This document shows, one piece after another, positions 48,011 to 54,626 of a stretch of 54,626 nt of DNA. Under the pieces are notes generated by a model. It did no database searches, was not told the origin of the DNA, and was given only the letters and a program-made list of their open reading frames with translations. How positions within the stretch are numbered: position 1 is the first letter of the stretch; every line of letters begins with the position of its first letter. Source of the DNA: a virus (lineage: Duplodnaviria > Caudoviricetes); the IMG/VR virus record IMGVR_UViG_3300027868_000010, positions 1 to 54,626 of that record; one strand, written 5' to 3'. The translations under genes and the position numbers were made by a program.

Positions 48011-48212
48011 TATTTGTCTAAAATGAAATCTATTCATGATTAACGAAAAGTATTTGTCTAAAATACAATCTATTAATGGTTAATTAAAATTATTTACCTA
48101 AAACTTTAATTGAAAGCAATCTATTAACCCTATCAAACCCTAAACTACCGATAAAATTTACATCAAATCAAATCTATCGGTCAACACTTTTTTATGGTTA
48201 AAATTTCGTTAA
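48011..48212. promoter_or_regulatory. AT-rich control region with 40-bp repeats and CtrA-type boxes
   Basis: TATTTGTCTAAAAT at 48011 and 48051, degenerate copy at 48091; TTAA-N7-TTAA at 48073-48087 and 48198-48212. Confidence 0.65.
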
Positions 48213-48324
48213 TTCGAAAATTTATTTTCGCATATATATAGTGTCAAATTATTTTTCCGATGCTAACCAATTGGTAATAAATTTCCGCTATATTTTGATC
48301 ATTGGAACAAACAAGGAAACGATC

Positions 48325-48459
48325 ATGACGGTTTTTAAGATGATAGTTATTCGGGTTTCGCTTATTGTCGCCGGTTCGGTATTCGCATGGCCTGCGATCA
48401 TTGAAGGTAAAATCATTCTGGAAAGTGTAGCGTCAAGCTTTCAAATCGCGGGGTTTTGA
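48325..48459 (+). CDS. Small hydrophobic protein
   Basis: AAGGA SD; one TM. Confidence 0.4.
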   Translation: MTVFKMIVIRVSLIVAGSVFAWPAIIEGKIILESVASSFQIAGF

Positions 48460-48731
48460 TCATGAAAAATTTTAAACGTTCAGCTCTCCCATTGAAAACT
48501 CAAACTCTAATGAGGAAGAAAGAATTCGGGCACGGTTTCCGCGACGCTGTAAATGGTAACGGATACCGAGTTGAGTATGATTTAACAACCCATTATGATC
48601 GCTTATCATATGAACGAGGCCGGCAATTCTTTGCAGCAACCAAAATGCCGGCAATTAAGACCAAGGGACGTCTAACTCAAGCGGCGTATGACGCCATGAT
48701 CGATTTAATCAGAAATAGGAGTATCATCTAA
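48456..48731 (+). CDS. Hypothetical protein
   Basis: Coupled ORF (GFRDA...YERGRQF). Confidence 0.55.
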   Translation: MIMKNFKRSALPLKTQTLMRKKEFGHGFRDAVNGNGYRVEYDLTTHYDRLSYERGRQFFAATKMPAIKTKGRLTQAAYDAMIDLIRNRSII

Positions 48732-48955
48732 TGAGAAAATTGTTTGAAATTGCAAACGATATCGATAAAAATTGGCCGAAAGTATATTTCGGCGCGCGCC
48801 CTTATTTACAAGCGATGATATCAATGGAAAATATCACCGATGATTATGGCGCAGATAGCGGTAAATCGATTGTAATGTACTTCCTTGCCAACGCACAAGC
48901 ATGGCGTGGCGAGCACGCGCGCCGGATCAAAACAGAATTAAAGGGTATGTTATGA
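48731..48955 (+). CDS. Conserved small phage protein
   Basis: IA.DI..NW..VYFGARPYL.AM...DYG.DSG.SIV.YFL.NA..WRGE.ARRIK.ELK. Confidence 0.7.
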   Translation: MRKLFEIANDIDKNWPKVYFGARPYLQAMISMENITDDYGADSGKSIVMYFLANAQAWRGEHARRIKTELKGML

Positions 48956-49356
48956 GCTATGATGTTTCACTTTTAATCGATACAGGCTCGGATGAATTGC
49001 ATGAAATATGGACGGGGAATTTCACGTCGAATTGTGCCCGGATGTTCGATCTTGCGATAGGCGGACTGGGGATACTAGATGGAATGATGGCCGATGACGC
49101 GTGGCATATTCTCGTCGTCGGCGTTAAGAGAATGGAAGTATGCAGGGAAACGAATATACATTCGGCCAGATACCTTGCATTAAACCCTGGCAATATGAAC
49201 TTTGAACACGACAACCTATATCCCACATTTATCTGGCAAATAATCGAAAATCTGGTCGACGCATGGGGAGATAGCATATCCGCGCAAGACTTTTTACGTT
49301 CCATCCTGGAACAATGTGAGAAACATCCGGACGCGAGAATAAAAGTAATATCCTAA
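48952..49356 (+). CDS. Small phage protein carrying a 22-aa portal-derived insert
   Basis: MSYDV..NFTSN..LNPGN[insert]AWGD..FL..IL..C..HPDA; insert at 49195-49260. Confidence 0.7.
   Translation: MSYDVSLLIDTGSDELHEIWTGNFTSNCARMFDLAIGGLGILDGMMADDAWHILVVGVKRMEVCRETNIHSARYLALNPGNMNFEHDNLYPTFIWQIIENLVDAWGDSISAQDFLRSILEQCEKHPDARIKVIS
49195..49260 (+). repeat. Circularly permuted copy of portal nt 2280-2345
   Basis: 49195-49239 matches 2301-2345 (41/45); 49240-49260 matches 2280-2300 (18/21). Confidence 0.9.
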
Positions 49357-49520
49357 TACCTTGTTAAGGTATTTCGGGTATTTTCAAAGAATGGAAACTG
49401 GATATCTTAGAGAATTGCAAACTTTGCTATTGATTTGGAGCAAGGATTTAACCGGCGAACAAGTGGCGCGCATGGCGTGGCTTGGACGTCAAATGGAAAT
49501 CGAATTAGGAGCAATGAAAA

Positions 49521-49715
49521 ATGTCTGCTAACAACTCATTAATGATACATGACGTGAACGAAATACTTGTCGGCGCGCCGACAGAAACCACAAGTTCAAA
49601 TGGCGACACCTATTATGTCCGCCGGATTAAGATAGTCGACGTCGACGGAAACAAGCTGGAAATTACTGTATTTTCAGATGTCCGGCGTGGCGTCGAATTC
49701 ACAAATAAGGATTGA
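49521..49715 (+). CDS. Hypothetical protein
   Basis: AGGAG upstream. Confidence 0.55.
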   Translation: MSANNSLMIHDVNEILVGAPTETTSSNGDTYYVRRIKIVDVDGNKLEITVFSDVRRGVEFTNKD

Positions 49716-49718
49716 AAC

Positions 49719-50096
49719 ATGTATAAGAATTTGAACGATATCATTGTGACACTCGCGACAACAATCGATTATGAATTCATGGTTCTGGAAACAAGCGAAA
49801 GGGAATGCATCGATTTTGCGGCGCGCTTGCGTCAATCGATCAAACTTTTGACCGAAGCCGAAAAAGCTTTCACGAAGCAAGCAACCGAGAATACCCGGTT
49901 CGACGATGATACCCTGCAGGGTAAATCCGCTCGATTGCGTGGCGTTGATTTTTATGCCCAAGTTACCGAAACAATTCGCTGGTCACTGGATAGCAAAGCC
50001 GTCAAGGTCGAAATGGGCGATGAATGGTACAATAAACGTTGCACGCAGGGCGTTGTCCGGTCGGTCAAATATATTGAGGGCGCACATGCCAAATGA
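49719..50096 (+). CDS. Hypothetical protein
   Basis: TAAGGA SD. Confidence 0.6.
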   Translation: MYKNLNDIIVTLATTIDYEFMVLETSERECIDFAARLRQSIKLLTEAEKAFTKQATENTRFDDDTLQGKSARLRGVDFYAQVTETIRWSLDSKAVKVEMGDEWYNKRCTQGVVRSVKYIEGAHAK

Positions 50097-50164
50097 TGTT
50101 TCGCCATATATAACTCGCGCCCTGGAACGAGCCGAAAAACATCCAACTATTGAGGAATGGAATA

Positions 50165-50878
50165 ATGCGAAAGTTACTAAGTGTATCCGTCGACGCGAAA
50201 ACGATCAAATCAATCGGCAAGGGAGTGTTAACCGGGATTTTATACCTTGCCCCGGGGCGCTTATCGGGTCGAGAAGTTTGCCCCATGGCTTCCGCCGGTT
50301 GCTTAAAATCTTGTCTGTATAGCGCGGGACGTGGCGCATTTTCAAACGTTCAAAAGGCTCGGATATCGAAAACAAATCTCTATTTCGATGATCGAGAATT
50401 GTTTTTTAATATCCTATATCGTGACATTGTGGCATTGGAGCGCAAAGCGAAACGCGATGGATTAATCCCCGCAGTCCGGTTGAATGGTACAAGTGATATT
50501 CCGTTTGAACGCGTGGCATTTATCCGAGATGGCGTCGAATATGATAACATCATGCAAGCTTTCCCAGCCGTCACTTTCTACGACTACACGAAACGCCACA
50601 ATCGGAACGTGACGGGGATAAAGAATTATTCCCTTACGTTTTCGTTATCCGAAATCAATTTGCTTGACGCAATCCGATGGATTGCCGGTGGAAAGGGAAA
50701 CGTCGCAATTGTTTATCGTGACCAGATACCAGCGCTTTACTGGCTTTCCATCCTGAAACCATGGCCCGTTATCGATGGCACAGGGCACGATGCGCGCTTC
50801 CTTGACCCACGTGGCGTTATCGTCGGATTGTGCGCCAAGGGCGCTGCTAAGCGCGATACAAGCGGATTTGTGATATGA
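50165..50878 (+). CDS. GP88-like Cys-motif phage protein
   Basis: LYLAP, VCPMASAGC...CL..AGRG, VRLNGTSD, FYDYTK, D.RFLDP, VGL.AKG. Confidence 0.7.
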   Translation: MRKLLSVSVDAKTIKSIGKGVLTGILYLAPGRLSGREVCPMASAGCLKSCLYSAGRGAFSNVQKARISKTNLYFDDRELFFNILYRDIVALERKAKRDGLIPAVRLNGTSDIPFERVAFIRDGVEYDNIMQAFPAVTFYDYTKRHNRNVTGIKNYSLTFSLSEINLLDAIRWIAGGKGNVAIVYRDQIPALYWLSILKPWPVIDGTGHDARFLDPRGVIVGLCAKGAAKRDTSGFVI

Positions 50879-51153
50879 GAGCAAATATAATCATCAAGGA
50901 AGGTGACGCCGAACTCTGGTTCTATCGTCACAGTGACGGATACCCTGATAGAATGATGCCTATATTGGAGAAATTTATGGAACGTGTAAAGGCTGGGACA
51001 TACCGTTCCACATCTCATTGTGTTGGTCACCTACGGTTTATGATGAGCGGAAGGTTGGAACGATCAGCAGGGAAACATGTCGAATTTGTCTATATGATTG
51101 ATCTGGTCAAGAAAACAGTAATGTGGATTGAGGCTGGTCAATGGGAAACCTAA
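50875..51153 (+). CDS. Conserved small phage protein
   Basis: RANI...FYRHSDGYP...EFVYMID. Confidence 0.65.
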   Translation: MRANIIIKEGDAELWFYRHSDGYPDRMMPILEKFMERVKAGTYRSTSHCVGHLRFMMSGRLERSAGKHVEFVYMIDLVKKTVMWIEAGQWET

Positions 51154-51275
51154 TTTCCGTTATCGTGCTAGCTGGGATTGGATATGGTTTGGTCTATTTC
51201 TTTACTTTAAGTATCGTGTGAAGAAACACGTTGCACGTGGCAGGGAAGGGAATAATAACCCTTCCTTGACGCGCG

Positions 51276-51423
51276 CCCTATAGGGGGATTTTAAAAAGTA
51301 AAATATACCCACACTTTCGTGAGTATAACTTATTTCTAGCTTACATAGTAGCTAAGGGATTATGGGGTTTATATACCGTAGGTTATACAGATAACAATTA
51401 TATCTTAGAATTCCCCTATAGGG
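51276..51423. promoter_or_regulatory. Intergenic cassette bounded by inverted repeats, copy 2
   Basis: CCCTATAGGG palindromes at both ends; 27-bp core identical to 1086-1112. Confidence 0.55.
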
Positions 51424-52012
51424 AATACGTCCCCCCTGTCTCAACCCCATAGTACGCCCCATATATTAACCCCTATTCCATACCCTGCTATTCCTACTCC
51501 TACCCTGGCCGACCTTCACCATTTTAAAACTTATTTATACACACGTTACACGTGCATCGAAACACGGTTGTATTTCTATTGTAACAACAACCGTTAACCT
51601 TTCGTTCACCATATGTTCTCATTTCCCCTTCCTATACACGTAGCACGTGTATTGTATTAACTAATACAACATACGCCTATGGTTGCAACGTAGCACGTGC
51701 TACGTGTTAATTCTTTATTGACCATGTCCATGCATACGCGAGTATACATGGGATTAGATATGTATTAATGAGGCATTTGACACGTGTCACGTAATATAGC
51801 ATTAGTTATTATATATATTTGGATTTGATGATTACTTATGTTGTATTTGATTGACATTGGGCCGGTGTTTATGAGGTATTTAGCTCAAATGCCGTGGGGC
51901 CACCCCTTACCCACTTGGCAATGTAAGTACCTAATTCCAATTTTGCGCGATTTCAAAAAATGGGATTTGTCCGCACTATTGCATACGAAGTGTCACGTGC
52001 TACGATACCCGA

Positions 52013-52189
52013 ATGCGAATCACAATTTACAGAAAGACAGGTCCATACGAGTGGACCACCAGAATCTTCGAAGATCCGTCCGCCGAACAATTGCGGGGTT
52101 TCACGGGTCTCGTGGTATATCGAGTAAGCGGGAATGCGACCGCGGAGAACAGGGCTGTTCTTGCGGGGTACAAGGTATTGACGCCATGA
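52013..52189 (+). CDS. Small protein (58 aa, not in the ORF track), apparent paralogue of 53818-53994
   Basis: MRITIYRKTGPYEWTTRIFEDPSAEQLRGF...; ATGA overlap with the next gene. Confidence 0.55.
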   Translation: MRITIYRKTGPYEWTTRIFEDPSAEQLRGFTGLVVYRVSGNATAENRAVLAGYKVLTP

Positions 52190-53394
52190 CAGATCATCTA
52201 GGTAAAAATCATCATTCCGGATTCGATAGGAACAGTCGAGCGGCTGCGACCCTCGCGGCAGGTGCCACGTTCCAAGGCGTCAGTGAAGACGTGTCGAATT
52301 ACGGCAGGGTCGGTATCGCGATCTATTCGGAGAATGCCACGGACGGCGTTCTGTGGGTTGAGGTGAGCCACGACGGTGTGACGTGGTTCGGCCCGCCGCG
52401 CAAATTCGCGAACACTAATATCGCGACCCCTCACATGTGGAACATAGTCGAGAAGTATTTTCGAATTCGTTACGTAAACGGAACGACCGAGGCGACCAAC
52501 CTGTCGATCCAGGTTCAATATTCCTCGAATGCAGACACGACCCTGGTTCACGAGCTGAATGAGGTTATTCCCAATGAAAGCGAAGCGACGCTGGTGAGGG
52601 TGGGGACGACATTCGATTTGGAAGCTTCACGACAGCACATCAGAGGAACCGCCGCAGAGTTCTTTTTCGGCTTCAATAACGACGTCGGGACATCGTGGGA
52701 GGATATCCACCCACAGGGCGGCGATATCACGTGGTTGACTGTCGCGACCAAGGTGGAGGTCTTATCCAGTCACGCAGCGGACAACGGCACGACGCCGGGT
52801 CTCGGCTTACACTCAGTCGAGATACACGGATTGTCCGCGACGGGCGAGGATCAGGATGAGGTTATCCTGCTCAACGGAACCGCCGCTGTCGAAAGCACGC
52901 TCACGTATATCAGGGTCAACATAGTTCACAGCGAGAAGTGCGGGACATATGGCGGGAGTCACCGGGGAGACATCACGTGCCGCGTGACAGGAGGCGGCGC
53001 GGTACTGTCGACCATGACGGGCGCAGAGGGTGCCGCGGGCTCATCGGTACAATACGGCGAGGGGGAAGCAGGGAACGGCTTCTATTCGGTCCCGCTGGGC
53101 AAGATCATGTATATCACGCGGATCGAGGTAATTCCCGACGTCTCGGGGAATAAGACGGTCGATATCGCGCTTTACGAGCGAGAGGACCTTTTGGACATTG
53201 TTTCGCCGTTCTCGCCGCGCAGGGTGCTGTGGCAGGAGAATGGTGTCGATAAGTCCACCGAGAAGCCTGTGAAGTCTCACATCAAGGTCAAGCCCCTTGC
53301 CGACATCTGGTTCAGGGCAAAGGCGACGGGAGCATCGAAGATCGAAGTCCACGTGGATTTCTACCTACTGAACGAGGATGATAGCGGAAGGTAA
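52186..53394 (+). CDS. Beta-rich putative virion protein (two domains)
   Basis: Likely start at 52186; KYFRIRYVNG and FFGFNNDVGT..EDIHPQGG domains. Confidence 0.6.
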   Translation: MTDHLGKNHHSGFDRNSRAAATLAAGATFQGVSEDVSNYGRVGIAIYSENATDGVLWVEVSHDGVTWFGPPRKFANTNIATPHMWNIVEKYFRIRYVNGTTEATNLSIQVQYSSNADTTLVHELNEVIPNESEATLVRVGTTFDLEASRQHIRGTAAEFFFGFNNDVGTSWEDIHPQGGDITWLTVATKVEVLSSHAADNGTTPGLGLHSVEIHGLSATGEDQDEVILLNGTAAVESTLTYIRVNIVHSEKCGTYGGSHRGDITCRVTGGGAVLSTMTGAEGAAGSSVQYGEGEAGNGFYSVPLGKIMYITRIEVIPDVSGNKTVDIALYEREDLLDIVSPFSPRRVLWQENGVDKSTEKPVKSHIKVKPLADIWFRAKATGASKIEVHVDFYLLNEDDSGR

Positions 53395-53399
53395 GGGGC

Positions 53400-53825
53400 A
53401 TGTCAAAAAAGGCTATGAAAAGATACACGACCCAGGCGATGAAGCTTGAGGAAGGCCCAATACCTGAGGCAGTTTTCCTGCCCCCTGCATTACGTGGCAA
53501 ACCCGTCCACGCCACGTACCACGTGGCAGATGCCAAGCCGATCAGTATCGAAGAGCACGTGGTCCGTATTAATCAGGAAACAGACCCAGTCGGTCTCCTG
53601 ATTGCTATCGCCAATGGTCAACCAGTCCCGACCGTCACGATCAACGAAGCCGGCGAGGCGGTGGCGGGTTTTGAGACTTTACCGCTGAAAGACAGAATTT
53701 CAGTGATAAAGTTCCTCTCCGACAAGGTTTTGCCGCGCATGTCGGTTTTCAAGAAAATGACGCCCGAAAAGGAAGATGACGACTGGATGGCGACGCTCAG
53801 CAACGCTGGAGGGAAAGATGATTGA
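53400..53825 (+). CDS. Putative terminase small subunit
   Basis: Upstream of TerL; DPVGLLIAIANG, RISVIKFLSDKVLPR helical pattern. Confidence 0.5.
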   Translation: MSKKAMKRYTTQAMKLEEGPIPEAVFLPPALRGKPVHATYHVADAKPISIEEHVVRINQETDPVGLLIAIANGQPVPTVTINEAGEAVAGFETLPLKDRISVIKFLSDKVLPRMSVFKKMTPEKEDDDWMATLSNAGGKDD

Positions 53826-53994
53826 TTCAATCTCTGTGACGTACCAAAACTCAGCAGGGCAGGAATTTACCCGAAGGTTCTTCCCTCCCTATACGGCGTG
53901 GCACTTTCGAGGATATCAGAACGTCGTATCCTTTGTGATCGACGGTAAAGTCCCTGCTGACGTGCAAAGGGAAATCGATGTCTACGAAGTCTGA
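53818..53994 (+). CDS. Small protein (58 aa)
   Basis: GGAGG SD; MIDSISVTYQNSAGQEFTRRFF... Confidence 0.6.
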   Translation: MIDSISVTYQNSAGQEFTRRFFPPYTAWHFRGYQNVVSFVIDGKVPADVQREIDVYEV

Positions 53995-54626
53995 GAAAGC
54001 ATACGAGTATTGGCGGAACAATCCGGTCGAAGCGATCAAGGATTGGTTCAACGTCACCCCCGAGGACTATCAGGCGGATGTCCTCAACGGTCTCTTCGTT
54101 GGCGGAAAAGATCGCGTTGCCGCAAAGTCTGGACATGGAGTGGGGAAGACGACGACGCTCGCTTGGGCGGGATGGATTTTCCTGAACCTCTGGCCTCAAT
54201 CGCGTGTCGTATCAACCGCGCCGACTTTCGCTCAGCTACACGACGTTCTATGGCCGGAATACGCAAAATGGCACGTGCATATGCCAGCAGGGCTTGCAGC
54301 ACAGTGGGACATCTCTGGGGGTCATATTCGGAACAAAGCTCACCCGAAGACATGGTTCGCAGTCGCTCGCACCTCGAACAAAAGTGCCAACCTTCAGGGG
54401 TTCCATAGTACCGACATAATGGTGCAGGGAGACGAAGCATCAGCAATTCCTCCGGACGTGTTTGAAGTCATCGAGGGTATTATGTCAGATGCAGGGGAGC
54501 AAGATCAAGTCGCAAAGCTCCTGCTCACCGGAAATCCGAATTTCACGTCTGGAGAGTTCTACAACGCTTTCCACCGGAATGCGGCCCTGTATGAGCTATT
54601 TACGATCTCAGGCGATCCCAAGATCA
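53978..54626 (+). CDS. terL: Terminase large subunit, N-terminal ATPase (continues at the window start)
   Basis: Own translation: MSTKSEKAYEYWRNNPV..TPEDYQ..AKSGHGVGKT (Walker A)..TAPT..QGFH..VQGDEAS (Walker B). Confidence 0.93.
   Translation, partial: MSTKSEKAYEYWRNNPVEAIKDWFNVTPEDYQADVLNGLFVGGKDRVAAKSGHGVGKTTTLAWAGWIFLNLWPQSRVVSTAPTFAQLHDVLWPEYAKWHVHMPAGLAAQWDISGGHIRNKAHPKTWFAVARTSNKSANLQGFHSTDIMVQGDEASAIPPDVFEVIEGIMSDAGEQDQVAKLLLTGNPNFTSGEFYNAFHRNAALYELFTISGDPKI
54438..54626. repeat. Direct end repeat (right copy)
   Basis: Matches 1-189 with one mismatch. Confidence 0.95.

Noticed and set aside
48011-48130. CRISPR mini-array
   Set aside because: Only 2-3 degenerate units whose intervening parts are also similar; no unique spacers and no cas genes
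49195-49260. DGR template/variable repeat pair (6 of 7 mismatches have A in this copy)
   Set aside because: No reverse transcriptase in the genome, block order is permuted, changes are mostly synonymous and only A/G, and a mid-portal target is atypical
51838-52185. N-terminal 116 aa of the 518-aa ORF
   Set aside because: Runs through AT-rich regulatory DNA and over a better 58-aa ORF in another frame; the start at 52186 is coupled by ATGA
1-54626. Prophage or transposable Mu-like lifestyle
   Set aside because: No integrase, transposase, repressor or host flanks; only the head and neck genes are Mu-like

Overview
The window is an apparently complete, circular-mapping genome of a tailed dsDNA phage (siphovirus-like), about 54.4 kb after removing a 189-bp end overlap that splits the terminase large subunit. 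All credible genes are on the + strand and no integrase or repressor is seen, so it is probably lytic. Gene order: TerL, Mu-like portal, RcGTA-like head-spike base and fibre, Mu-like protease/scaffold, capsid, a ~1000-aa GT4-methyltransferase-GT2 fusion, neck, tail (with a -1 frameshift chaperone and a GTA g12-g15-like tip), membrane/lysis genes, then nucleotide metabolism and replication (phosphoesterase, NrdJ, SNF2 helicase, ThyX, AEP primase, UvrD-like helicase, MazG, DUF5664, DnaQ-like exonuclease, DnaE, GapR), small genes with a SleB-like hydrolase, an AT-rich island and a non-coding region before the packaging genes. GapR, the GTA-like proteins and CtrA-type boxes point to an alphaproteobacterial host. 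The most unusual observations are: a circularly permuted 66-bp copy of the portal gene inserted in frame in an unrelated small gene; a probable virion-glycosylation system; a twice-present ~140-bp cassette bounded by inverted repeats ahead of the late modules; and CtrA-like boxes in 40-bp repeats. All product calls come from motif recognition by eye; no database searches were run.
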